A stretch of DNA of 64,000 bases from an uncultured Alphaproteobacteria bacterium (GTDB lineage Bacteria; Pseudomonadota; Alphaproteobacteria; Rs-D84), in the NCBI GenBank assembly GCA_905233975.1, contig CAJOGD010000001.1:86263-150262 (forward strand), given 5' to 3'. Made by a program: the position numbers and the translations under genes. How positions within the stretch are numbered: position 1 is the first letter of the stretch; every line of letters begins with the position of its first letter. Shown piece by piece: positions 9,001 through 17,533 of this stretch. Below the pieces are notes generated by a model that saw nothing but the letters and a program-made list of their open reading frames with translations, was not told the DNA's origin and ran no database searches.

Positions 9001-9065
9001 AGCACAACCCACAACAACACAAACATAACCGTTGTGACCGGCCGACGAACAAAGAATTTTAACAT
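6060..9065 (-). CDS. RND multidrug efflux transporter, AcrB/AcrD family (inner-membrane pump)
   Basis: 1001 aa with 12-TM topology and two large periplasmic loops. Lies in an operon with an adaptor and a TolC-like OMP. Confidence 0.85.
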   Translation of the reverse strand: MLKFFVRRPVTTVMFVLLWVVLGFVAFPKMNVERTPALDFPMVTATFIYPGAAPVEIESQVIKKAEDAISQVPELKKITSQAFENGGYVMAEFNLGVNVNDKASEVKSKIDALASEFPSELKQPVIEKLNPLQTSVVDVVLYGASLRDLQEYARNTLSNKITSINGVASVSIFGGEKRAIRVALNPETMAAYGITVMDVVTAMGANNINVPGGKIEVGADSANVRFIGEFESVDAIRNLHITTAEGQKFKLSDVATVTDSARDIDTGARFNGDDVVMLSVVKASDGNAIKVARALNKKLPEFNADLSSRFPGAQMEIISDSSVVISNETTGTIYGILIGVVFTILVLLAFTGNWRSTVVAGVVIPASLIAGLFFVNASGFTINVMTLLAYSSALGTLVSNAIILIESALQEMRSGKTAENAAIDGTKKVAVSVLAGVGTNVVVFLPLAFMGGIAGKFMTQFGMTVVYLTLLSLVFSFTLTPMMIAKILRITGGKRRASVGKSKESPLQKWFAYQYKHAGRVILFAFLVLVGSAMLMRFTGNEFSPSTDANEINIIARAPMGATYEKSQSIAKDIEKVLSSFAEVKSTSVKIGERGLQNIGIKIKLVDKSKRRHSDKEIARRMLPQLAEIPDAEIQIRAGEGVSSSVSSDIVLNIHGDDDAVRAEYAARALSAINNISEVQTAVLAQQVPGNEIKFIPDAEKMDFWGIKNSYAGATLRTALYGNDTYKYKENGEEYPIVLEFARPFKNPKMFENVLVNSQKGMVALSQIGTMKTEPATPNIYRLDKSRITEIDINIGKSTSGPVQAKIVSELNKMDWKRGYGYSFGGMAEIQDETTGEIGTAFLLATVLTFMLLAAILNSLIHPLTIATSIITSFAGVFILLFLSGASTNVGAMLAFVMLVGLVVNNNILVLEPTVQRIARGENPKTALWDELNAKKNMVLMTSIAVMAGMLPQLWSADGMKRAMAAVMIGGMLASLIWTFTLTPALFFAMERLRQRLKGKK

Positions 9066-9084
9066 ATCCGCACCTTTTCTTTAT

Positions 9085-9684
9085 TTATTTTTGAACGTTT
9101 ATTTTTTGTCCCGCTTCGACTTTGGACAGCACGATAACATCGCCATCGTGTATATCGCCAACGACACATGAAAAATCAGAATCACCGGCCTTTACCGTCA
9201 CAGGCACCGCAACCGCCGCACCTGATTCGGCACGCATAATTTGCGATTCGCGCACCGCATAGGTCGGAATAAAGAATCCATTACATTCGGTTTCTGCAAA
9301 CACAACACCGTTATCAACATTACGCGTTTTAACGACATACATACCCGTATTTAAATCCAACTGATTCGCCACAGAAACAATCGTACCCGCGCCGACCTTT
9401 TGTCCAACTTTTAAGCCACGTCGATGCGCACCCGAAACATATGCGCGATTATTTTCGACCGAAAGCGGGGTTTTAATAATACCTGTCTTTTGTTCGGCAA
9501 CAATGGTCGCGACCACCGTTCCATTTTTTCCGGCATCACGCACAGGGTTAAAAACATTCATTCGCGATTCAATTGCAACCATAACGAAACGATACACGAA
9601 CCAAAGCGCCAATACGACCAAAACCGCCGTATAGACGTTTTTCTTTACTTTTTTATCATCAAATTTTTTACCAAATATTTTCAT
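9085..9684 (-). CDS. efflux periplasmic adaptor (membrane-fusion protein), unusually short
   Basis: N-terminal TM anchor then a beta-rich domain. At 199 aa it lacks the usual long coiled-coil hairpin. Position between the RND and OMP genes fits an adaptor. Confidence 0.5.
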   Translation of the reverse strand: MKIFGKKFDDKKVKKNVYTAVLVVLALWFVYRFVMVAIESRMNVFNPVRDAGKNGTVVATIVAEQKTGIIKTPLSVENNRAYVSGAHRRGLKVGQKVGAGTIVSVANQLDLNTGMYVVKTRNVDNGVVFAETECNGFFIPTYAVRESQIMRAESGAAVAVPVTVKAGDSDFSCVVGDIHDGDVIVLSKVEAGQKINVQK

Positions 9685-9686
9685 GA

Positions 9687-11006
9687 TTATTCACCCAATT
9701 TTTTAATTGATTCTGCCGACATCAAAATTTTGTATTTTGCATTAAGCAACGCCATATCTAATTGATACAACCCGTTGGACACATCGGCCAATTCAACCGC
9801 CGACGTTTGACCGGCCGCAAACCTGTCGCGCGAAAAACCATACGCCTTGGCCGCCAAATTTCTGGCATTAGTAAGTCCTTTCAGATTTCCACGCAAATGA
9901 TTATATTGCTTTATCGCATTGGTATATTTTTCCGAAGTAATCTTTTTAGATTTTTCAAAATCTTGGCGTACGGCCTCTGCATTCATTACCTCTACCGTCG
10001 CATTCGCCCGATTGACACCACCACTAAAAATCGGCACTTTCAGTGCAAGTCCTAAATACGCGGCCTGCTCTGCCCGGCTGTTAAACATATTTTTCAAATC
10101 TTTATCCATAGTAAAATAGTCGTACGCACCAACGGCCGCAAGTGTCGGATAACCATTCGCCCGATTTGCAGACGCCTTGGCTTCATACATTTTTATTTGT
10201 TGGTCTAACACCTGCCATTCCGGCGTACTGGACAATTTTTTATTTTCTATTTCCGGGAAAGATTCCGGAAAATTATCGGTCAAATTTAAGGGTTCATCAA
10301 TATCTATACCCGCAAGAATTTTCAACATTCTGTGCGCGGTGTCGCGATTAAATTCCGCATCAGAAAGGTTAATTTCTTTGGTCGCAATATCTGATTCAAT
10401 CTTTACCAAATTTCCACGATTCGCGCGCCCCGCACCGGTCAATTTCTTTTTTGCCGACACCGCATCATTCAAATTTTTCCGCGCAATTTCAACAATTTCA
10501 TCGGTCATTTTGGCCGTCCAATACAAATCAACGGCCGCATAGCGCACTTCGCGCATGACCATTTCTTTGCTATATTCACTCATCTTTATCGCATTGCGCA
10601 CACTATCGACCGCATTTCCAATTTTGCCAAACGTATAGATTGGTTGTGTAATCGTCACACCCGCCATAAAGATATTATCTGGGACATCTATATTTTCTAT
10701 TCCCGCCATTTGCGGAATCAGTCCACCAATTTCCGGTGGCAATTGCACATTGAACGAATCGAAAGGTTTTTCAACATTAATCAGGCTCATATACGTTGCG
10801 GTTCCTTCGATGTTAAACCAACGCAACGCATTTACCGCGTCCAAAGACGCCTGGGCCTTTTTTACATTAGCATCGGCCTTTTTCAAATCATGCGATTCAG
10901 CCATAATTTTTTGCACCGCATCACCAAGCGACAAATCCATCGCAAAACCGTCTATACAGCAAAATCCGGCGTATAGCGCAAAAAGACAACCAAAAAATTT
11001 ACGCAT
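9687..11006 (-). CDS. TolC-family outer-membrane efflux protein
   Basis: 439 aa with a signal peptide and repeated coiled-coil/beta segments. Operon context fits an efflux OMP. Confidence 0.7.
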   Translation of the reverse strand: MRKFFGCLFALYAGFCCIDGFAMDLSLGDAVQKIMAESHDLKKADANVKKAQASLDAVNALRWFNIEGTATYMSLINVEKPFDSFNVQLPPEIGGLIPQMAGIENIDVPDNIFMAGVTITQPIYTFGKIGNAVDSVRNAIKMSEYSKEMVMREVRYAAVDLYWTAKMTDEIVEIARKNLNDAVSAKKKLTGAGRANRGNLVKIESDIATKEINLSDAEFNRDTAHRMLKILAGIDIDEPLNLTDNFPESFPEIENKKLSSTPEWQVLDQQIKMYEAKASANRANGYPTLAAVGAYDYFTMDKDLKNMFNSRAEQAAYLGLALKVPIFSGGVNRANATVEVMNAEAVRQDFEKSKKITSEKYTNAIKQYNHLRGNLKGLTNARNLAAKAYGFSRDRFAAGQTSAVELADVSNGLYQLDMALLNAKYKILMSAESIKKLGE

Positions 11007-11460
11007 TATTCGACTCCATCTTTAACAGAATTTCATTCATAGATTTAAAAGAACGAACCAATTCTTCTTCGTCTTTTTTATCAATATCTTTGAACATGCT
11101 TGCAATCGCATTATGCAACATTTCGATAATTTCCGTTGCAACCCGCGTGCCATGTTCGCTGACCGAATACCACGTATTCCGCCTATCGTTTTCATCAACC
11201 GCACGAATAACCAATCCGTCGCGTTCCATCTTGCGAAAGGCGGTACACAAATTCGGCGCCGGCACAAATTCCCGCGCCGCCAAATCTTTTAATCGCACCC
11301 GCCCCCCAAGGTACAGACGAATCAGCAATTGCATTTGTGTCCGCGAATAATCGTTAAAAATCACCTGACTGCGGTTTATGCGTTCCGACAATTTCGCGAA
11401 CGCCAAAATATTCTTCCACATTAAAGAGACCAGTTCTTTATGAGCCATTTTGCCCCCCAT
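10999..11460 (-). CDS. MarR-family transcriptional regulator
   Basis: 153 aa with a winged-HTH pattern (LAAREFVPAPNLCTAFRKMERDGLV), sitting upstream of the efflux operon. Confidence 0.7.
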   Translation of the reverse strand: MGGKMAHKELVSLMWKNILAFAKLSERINRSQVIFNDYSRTQMQLLIRLYLGGRVRLKDLAAREFVPAPNLCTAFRKMERDGLVIRAVDENDRRNTWYSVSEHGTRVATEIIEMLHNAIASMFKDIDKKDEEELVRSFKSMNEILLKMESNNA

Positions 11461-11576
11461 TTGTTAAAATCGGCAATCATTATAAATTTTAACGATTAAA
11501 AAATCAAGACATAAAATAACAAAAATTATTTTATTATTGCAAAAATCATAAAACCTACTATAATCAAGACCACTTT

Positions 11577-11650
11577 TGGGGTGTCGTCTAATGGTAGGAC
11601 AAGAGATTTTGGTTCTCTTTATCATGGTTCGAATCCGTGCGCCCCAACCA
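11577..11650 (+). tRNA. tRNA-Gln (anticodon TTG)
   Basis: Cloverleaf TGGGGTG..GAGC D-arm..anticodon loop TTTTGGT..GGTTCGAATCC T-arm..CGCCCCAACCA, with the U1:A72 pair typical of bacterial tRNA-Gln. CCA is encoded. Confidence 0.85.
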
Positions 11651-11655
11651 GAATA

Positions 11656-11684
11656 AACAAAAACACCCTTTTGGGTGTTTTTAT
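11656..11684 (+). terminator. rho-independent terminator after tRNA-Gln
   Basis: AAACACCC-TTTT-GGGTGTTT followed by a T-run. Confidence 0.6.
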
Positions 11685-12070
11685 TTATTCCTGGGCGCAC
11701 GGATACGCCAGAGCGAAGCGCATGGCGAATACGCAGATGAACAATTAGCAACCGCGCAAAAACGGATATTTTTAATAGAGTTTTTGCCCTGCGGTTGGTT
11801 ATTGTTTATCAAGGCCTCGTGCGCATTCCAGAGAGCAAAAATATAAGACTTTGGCAAGTTCGAAAGTCATATTTCAATTTTTTATCTTTCTAAACATACT
11901 TTCGAACTAGCTATTTTAACGTTTTTACATTCGAACTAATAGAAACACTGGAAATCCAACCAAAAATCGCTCTAGTTGCTATTCTCGTTCAATATGGTTG
12001 TGGTGTGTGGGCGAGAAAATTATAGAAAATCTTATATTCTATGTTATTATAAAACAGAAAAGGACTTCAA

Positions 12071-12787
12071 ATGAAAACGGTTATGATAACAGGAAGCGCA
12101 AACGGCATTGGAAAAGCAATCGCACAAATTTTAAAAGACAACACTTTAATTCTTGTGGACAATGATGAAGCGAATTTAATTAAAACAGCCAATAAATTAG
12201 ATTGTGATTATTATGTGTGCGATATATCAGTTGAAAAAGATATTACTGTTTTGTTTGAAAATATAAAGGAAAAATATAATAACATAGATTGTTTGATAAA
12301 TTGTGCAGGAATATGGATTTCTGGGGATATGTCAAAACTTAATGAACCAATATATAAAGAGATGAACGAAATAAAAAGGTTAAAAAAAGTTATAGACACA
12401 AATGTTTTTGGCACGATAGCCATGATAAAAAATATCTTTCCAATTATGAAAAAACAAGGATATGGGCAAATAATTAATATCAACTCACAAAGTGGTGTAA
12501 TGTGCGAACCACCTTTCCCTGTTTATAATGCCACAAAACACGCAACCGCTGCTTTCAGGAAGGCAATTCAAGATGATTTAGCTAGAAATAATATAAAAAT
12601 AACAGATGTTTGTCCTGGACTTGTTCAAACCGATTTCTATACAAGGGCAAATAATCCATTATCAAAAGAAATTATGGATACTGGATTAACCCCAAATGAA
12701 ATCGCAAAAACAGTAAAGTATTTATTTGATTTACCACACGAAATTACGATACCAAGTATAGAAATCAGACACATAAAAAATTATTAA
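12071..12787 (+). CDS. short-chain dehydrogenase/reductase (classical SDR)
   Basis: TGSANGIGKA Rossmann motif and YNATK catalytic motif. Markedly AT-rich compared with its neighbours. Confidence 0.8.
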   Translation: MKTVMITGSANGIGKAIAQILKDNTLILVDNDEANLIKTANKLDCDYYVCDISVEKDITVLFENIKEKYNNIDCLINCAGIWISGDMSKLNEPIYKEMNEIKRLKKVIDTNVFGTIAMIKNIFPIMKKQGYGQIININSQSGVMCEPPFPVYNATKHATAAFRKAIQDDLARNNIKITDVCPGLVQTDFYTRANNPLSKEIMDTGLTPNEIAKTVKYLFDLPHEITIPSIEIRHIKNY

Positions 12788-12838
12788 CACCTTTATTCTC
12801 CATAAATTTATGTTATAATAATGGCGCGGGGGTGAAAC

Positions 12839-13396
12839 ATGATACACAAAAAATCTGATGCCATTATTGCGAATAAAAAGATTAACGCCGCGGAACTTGC
12901 GCGGGCGCAGGAAATTATTACCGGCCTGTACGACCAATTGCCGAAATATATCGCGCGCGGCTATGGGCCATTCTTGGCGGCGGTCTATGACGAAAACGGG
13001 TGCATGGTGTCGCGGGCCGCAAACACCGTCACACGCGACCAATGCAGTCATAATCACGCAGAAATAAACGCCATACGCAAGGCGGAAAAGCGATTAAAAA
13101 CTTACGATTTATCGCCGTATAATTTAAGTCTGTATATCACCGCGGAACCATGTATTATGTGTTTGGGTGGCATTATGTGGTCGGGAATAAGGGCCGTCTA
13201 TTTTGGAACACCGTCACGCGTCGCCGAAAGAATTACCGGGTTTGACGAAGGCTTTAAGCCGAATTGGTTAACCGAATTCAAAAAGCGCGGCATTACCGTA
13301 TATGGCAACATCGAACCCGAAATGGGCAAAAAGATTTTGCAAGACTATGTCCGCGATAAACATATCATATACAAGCCCAAACGGAATATGTTATAA
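12839..13396 (+). CDS. CDA-fold zinc deaminase (cytidine/deoxycytidylate/tRNA-adenosine deaminase family)
   Basis: HAEINAI and PCIMCLGG zinc-binding motifs; 185 aa. Confidence 0.7.
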   Translation: MIHKKSDAIIANKKINAAELARAQEIITGLYDQLPKYIARGYGPFLAAVYDENGCMVSRAANTVTRDQCSHNHAEINAIRKAEKRLKTYDLSPYNLSLYITAEPCIMCLGGIMWSGIRAVYFGTPSRVAERITGFDEGFKPNWLTEFKKRGITVYGNIEPEMGKKILQDYVRDKHIIYKPKRNML

Positions 13397-13416
13397 TACC
13401 GCGAAAGGAGATAAAT

Positions 13417-14121
13417 ATGATTGAATTAATCGGTGCAATTTTGGGGACATCTATGTTCTATGGATTGGTTTGCTGGATTTTTCGGGTCAAGCATTCCAAA
13501 AGATTCATCATGGCGGGAATTATTACTTGGTTGCTGTGTGCGACCATATACGGTCTAACAAACATGGAACATTTTTATATCCGATTCTTGACAGGGTTGT
13601 TTATGTACCTGATTGGCGCCGCCGTATGGACGGGACTTGCGATTTACTTTGATAAAACCAACAAGAATATCAAATGGATTTTGCGGTATATCCCAATTAC
13701 TACGTTGATAATCGCCGTTGCCCTGCCCTTTTTGCTTTTTATAATTTACAAGGCATATAACGAAGAAAAACTATCCAGGGTCCATGATGAAGTCGCACTT
13801 ATTTCCACTGGTGCACATATGCTTATGGGCGAATATTCTGATTATTCGGCATTGAATAACGATTGGCTTTTCAGGGCTATGGACATGTCGAACAAAAATC
13901 CATACAACGGGGTTTATATGGTTGAACCATACGCGGGGAATCCGGAATACTTTATCGTTTCAATCACAAACGTTCCGTCCGCCGATTGCAAGAAACTGAT
14001 TGAACACAAATGGACGGGTTCCGCGCTATACGAATTGGACAGCACGCAATACACCGGCGCAGTGGCGATACCCGCGGATTGTTCCGGCAAATATAACATT
14101 GTCCAAATAATGTTTGATTAA
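13417..14121 (+). CDS. integral membrane protein (about 5 N-terminal TM helices plus a soluble C-domain), unknown function
   Basis: Hydrophobic N-terminal 130 aa. Start lies 21 nt after the deaminase stop. Confidence 0.5.
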   Translation: MIELIGAILGTSMFYGLVCWIFRVKHSKRFIMAGIITWLLCATIYGLTNMEHFYIRFLTGLFMYLIGAAVWTGLAIYFDKTNKNIKWILRYIPITTLIIAVALPFLLFIIYKAYNEEKLSRVHDEVALISTGAHMLMGEYSDYSALNNDWLFRAMDMSNKNPYNGVYMVEPYAGNPEYFIVSITNVPSADCKKLIEHKWTGSALYELDSTQYTGAVAIPADCSGKYNIVQIMFD

Positions 14122-14135
14122 CGCGAATAGTTTTT

Positions 14136-14856
14136 TTAATACCCACCATCGACGGTCAAAACGGCACCGTTAATATACGACGCGTCGTCACTTGCCAAAA
14201 AGTAAATAACACGCGCAATTTCTTCGGGCCGCGCGAAACGTTCAAGATAAATCTTGTCTGTTTCTTCCCGAATATACTCTGGGCTTAAATTTGCATTCAT
14301 TCGTGTATCAACCCAACCCGGCGCCACAGCATTCACACGAATACGCGGTTTAAATTGAAACGCCAAATCACGCGTCAAACTTTGTAATCCGATTTTTGCG
14401 ATGTTATAATCCAAACAGTCCGGCGACACCGTTTTCGTCCCGTTGGTAGAGGAAACGTTGACTATGGTAGCCCCCCCCCCCCGCCCTGGACACGATAAAA
14501 GCGCCCAAAACATCGACATTTAATGTCTCTTTTACCTCTTCTATTTTTATATCAGAAAAAGGCCGATCATAGACAATTCCGGCATTATTTACCAACGCAT
14601 TGATTTTTCCATATTTTTCACCAACGTACGCCATCATGGCGTTAACCTGGACCTCGTCAGAAACATCCGCGCGATATGTTGTTGCGTTGATATGATAGCG
14701 TTCTTCTAAATCCTGCTTTAACGCATTGGCGGCGTCATCTTCGCGAACATAGTTAATAATCACATCGTATCCATGCTTTGCAAATTCGGTCGCCGTCGCG
14801 CGCCCGATTCCGGAAACACCACCCGTCACCAAAACAACCTTGTCCGCCATAGCCAA
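14136..14856 (-). pseudogene. SDR (FabG-like oxidoreductase) interrupted by a frameshift in a poly-C(12) tract. Possible phase-variable gene or pseudogene.
   Basis: ORFs 14404..14856 (TGGVSGIGRA Rossmann N-terminus) and 14136..14519 (SDR C-terminal half with YNIAK) overlap in different frames. A C12 homopolymer at 14471..14482 lies inside the overlap. Confidence 0.7.
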
Positions 14857-14868
14857 TCCTTTTTTATT

Positions 14869-15015
14869 TTACCGTCTGTGGGTACAAGCACTGCTGACAT
14901 GCGCCGCATTCGCATTTTTTACCTGTTGGGCCGCGCCAAAACTAAGAACCCCGGCAATCGCCAACAAAACATAAAACAAAGCACGTTTAGATTCTGGACT
15001 TAATTTCTTCATCAT
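14869..15015 (-). CDS. small (48 aa) signal-peptide protein MMKKLSPESKRALFYVLLAIAGVLSFGAAQQVKNANAAHVSSACTHRR
   Basis: Hand-translated minus-strand ORF directly upstream of the frameshifted SDR. Hydrophobic core after a basic N-terminus. Absent from the ORF track because it is under 60 aa. Confidence 0.25.
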   Translation of the reverse strand: MMKKLSPESKRALFYVLLAIAGVLSFGAAQQVKNANAAHVSSACTHRR

Positions 15016-15034
15016 CGTCCCTTTTTATAATTGT

Positions 15035-15493
15035 CTAAATTGATATTTGACTGCCGCGCCCCCCGCGACCCCGCGGCCCTATATAGAAAGGATTTGGAAT
15101 TCCCTGCTCGGCCCAAAAACGCAAGTCCGGCTCATCAACAGGTTCACCACAAACAACCATTCCCGCAGAGATACTTTTCCCAGCACTACGCAACTTATTC
15201 ATTTCCTTTAGCCGTTTATGCTGAAACCTTAAGTTTGTCATGGTCAATTTCTCTTCAAAAGTATCCGACCACACCCTAAACTTAATCTCTTTTTTTGTTT
15301 CCTCTGGCTCACCAAAAAAACGGGCTAGACCACGCTCTTCAAGCAATTTGCGCAAATCATCAGCCGAACCCTTGTCATTTTTAAAAACGACGCATGTCCA
15401 CGCCACAACACCCTTGTCGCCATCTTCAAAACGATCTATCTTGGCCGCAAGTTTTAAAAGATTATATTTATATTGCCCGCTTTTATCCGCCAC
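15035..15493 (-). CDS. hypothetical protein (152 aa, C-terminal RGG-like tail GPRGRGGRGS)
   Basis: Clean ORF lying divergent from the radical-SAM gene. No motif recognised. Confidence 0.45.
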   Translation of the reverse strand: MADKSGQYKYNLLKLAAKIDRFEDGDKGVVAWTCVVFKNDKGSADDLRKLLEERGLARFFGEPEETKKEIKFRVWSDTFEEKLTMTNLRFQHKRLKEMNKLRSAGKSISAGMVVCGEPVDEPDLRFWAEQGIPNPFYIGPRGRGGRGSQISI

Positions 15494-15694
15494 AATGCAC
15501 TCCTTTTTATTTCATAGGGACAGGATAACATAAACGGCAACAGTTGTCAATTTTACGTTTCGTGCGCTTTTATTATTTCCTGAACGGTGCCACTGTTTTT
15601 GTATAGAGCAAACTTAACACGCCCCCACGAAACAAAAAAACGATTGACAAACTACAATTTTGTGTTATTTTGCTATCAAACAAAGGTAAAAACA

Positions 15695-16807
15695 ATGAAA
15701 AGTTTTAGCGCACCATTGGAATTTGATGTACACTTTTTTCTTACAACGTTTTGCAACGCGTTTTGTCGGCATTGCCTTATGTCCGCAGGTCCACACCAGC
15801 CAAAAAATTTTATGAAACTAAAAGACGTTTTGTTCTATCTTGACGAACTTGGCAAAGACCCAAATTTTAACGGCGGTGTCGGTTTTAATGGTGGCGAAGT
15901 CATGACCGCATACAAAGAATATTCGCCCACATACATACCAAAAATCTTGCAAGAATGTATAAACCGAAATTACAGAATAGATATTCGAACCAATTCCCTT
16001 TGGGCCTCTGATGAAAAAATAAATCACATTATATGGGACAGTTTGACCAATCTAGATTTTTCAAAATACACAGAAAAAATAAATTTTTCATTATCTGTTG
16101 ATCAATTTCATGCCAATGAAGAAGCCAATGCAAAATTAATTTCAAAAATATGTCACTATGATTTAGCCGATACCGGCTATCCAACTAATTTGAATTTATT
16201 ACGTGATCGTTGTACATTTAGCGCTTATGTAATTCCCGATAACTATAAAGAAAATGAAAACGAAACAACATACGCACGTCTTTACAGTTCATTAGTAGAC
16301 TTAAGAGATAGGTATAATGTCGAACTTGGTCAAATGAGTGAAAATTCTATACCAGAAAGATACTCTGCTGGTGTCTATCTGAACGGCATACCTTTATTGA
16401 TAGAATGTCACGCACTTGGTCAATGGGGACGCGCAAAAGATTTTGGAATCGGCAACATAAGTGCCGAAGAACGAATATTCGCCAGTTTCGATATCATACA
16501 CAAAAATTCAAACGCGAATCTTGATAGAAACAGTTGTGTAAAAACCAACAACGGAAAATTTCATCTTATATTCTTCCCATCTGAAAACGGGGGAACTGCA
16601 GATTTCATACCACCTGTTGAAAAAGTAACACCGGGTGTTCCATATCATATTGGTAACAAATGCAAACCTTGGTCACAACTTTATCCAGAAATGGTCGCAA
16701 ATCTACAAACACGTTTTGACGCATTAAAAAAAGAATTTCCACAAATTACCGAAGAATCTGTTGGATTGCCAAATCTATTAAGAACACTTGGCGCAAAACA
16801 AATGTAA
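15695..16807 (+). CDS. radical SAM domain protein, orphan
   Basis: CNAFCRHC (CX3CX2C) cluster in FFLTTFCNAFCRHCLM, plus a GGE-type SAM motif GFNGGEVM. Start placed at MKSFSAPLEF; the ORF track extends it to 15587. Confidence 0.7.
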   Translation: MKSFSAPLEFDVHFFLTTFCNAFCRHCLMSAGPHQPKNFMKLKDVLFYLDELGKDPNFNGGVGFNGGEVMTAYKEYSPTYIPKILQECINRNYRIDIRTNSLWASDEKINHIIWDSLTNLDFSKYTEKINFSLSVDQFHANEEANAKLISKICHYDLADTGYPTNLNLLRDRCTFSAYVIPDNYKENENETTYARLYSSLVDLRDRYNVELGQMSENSIPERYSAGVYLNGIPLLIECHALGQWGRAKDFGIGNISAEERIFASFDIIHKNSNANLDRNSCVKTNNGKFHLIFFPSENGGTADFIPPVEKVTPGVPYHIGNKCKPWSQLYPEMVANLQTRFDALKKEFPQITEESVGLPNLLRTLGAKQM

Positions 16808-16833
16808 AAAAATATGCCTTGCGGCATATTTTT

Positions 16834-17520
16834 TTATTTCTTGAACGGTGCGCGGCATTCGCCATCGCCGTCTTTTGGACAGCATGCGAAATTCAGGTGT
16901 TCTATCTGCTTGAAAACCTCACCCTCACAGCAACCATATTTATTTGGTTTACTGCCGTCGCCACAAAGCCCCTTGGCAAAGTTTTCCGCGATTTGTGCCT
17001 GGCGATCTTCTTCCGAAACCGCGGGTTCGGCGGCAACCGCCTGCGTTGTCTTTTTCGCCACAACCGGTGCGGGTGCGACCTCTTCTACCTCTGGCGCCGG
17101 GGCTTCTATATCAACAATCGGATTCACGTTTTTATAGTTATGCACCGGACGACGTGTGGCACGTGGCGCACACTGATTACGTTGACGCGTCAACATATAT
17201 TCCAAATCCGCGCGCAGTTCCGGATAGGCCTTGACATCGGCACGCAATTCCGCGATACGCGTTTCAATATCGACACACGTCATACGATCGGCAACGGCGC
17301 GCGGTGCCGGGACATCCGCGGCCGCCGTTTCTGATTCCGCGGTGTCATCTGTATTATCGGTTAATTCTTCGTCTATCAAATCTTCGACATCGTCAAAGAC
17401 TTCATAGTCTTCGTATTCTTCGGTGGTATAATCAGAATACACATCGTCTTCGGCATAACCGACGGGCGCCGCAAAGCACAGCGCAACGCCCATCAAGATT
17501 CCGATTGTTTTTATTTTCAT
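16834..17520 (-). CDS. secreted acidic protein with a Cys-rich C-terminus
   Basis: Signal peptide MKIKTIGILMGVALCFAAPVGYA, then an Asp/Glu-rich stretch, ending CGDGSKPNKYGCCEGE..ACCPKDGDGEC. Confidence 0.5.
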   Translation of the reverse strand: MKIKTIGILMGVALCFAAPVGYAEDDVYSDYTTEEYEDYEVFDDVEDLIDEELTDNTDDTAESETAAADVPAPRAVADRMTCVDIETRIAELRADVKAYPELRADLEYMLTRQRNQCAPRATRRPVHNYKNVNPIVDIEAPAPEVEEVAPAPVVAKKTTQAVAAEPAVSEEDRQAQIAENFAKGLCGDGSKPNKYGCCEGEVFKQIEHLNFACCPKDGDGECRAPFKK

Positions 17521-17533
17521 ATTTATTTGCCCT

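Noticed and set aside
14773-15003. 76-aa plus-strand ORF between the SDR and the 152-aa gene
   Set aside because: Arg-rich shadow frame. The minus-strand 48-aa signal-peptide ORF in the same interval is more plausible, though still low confidence.
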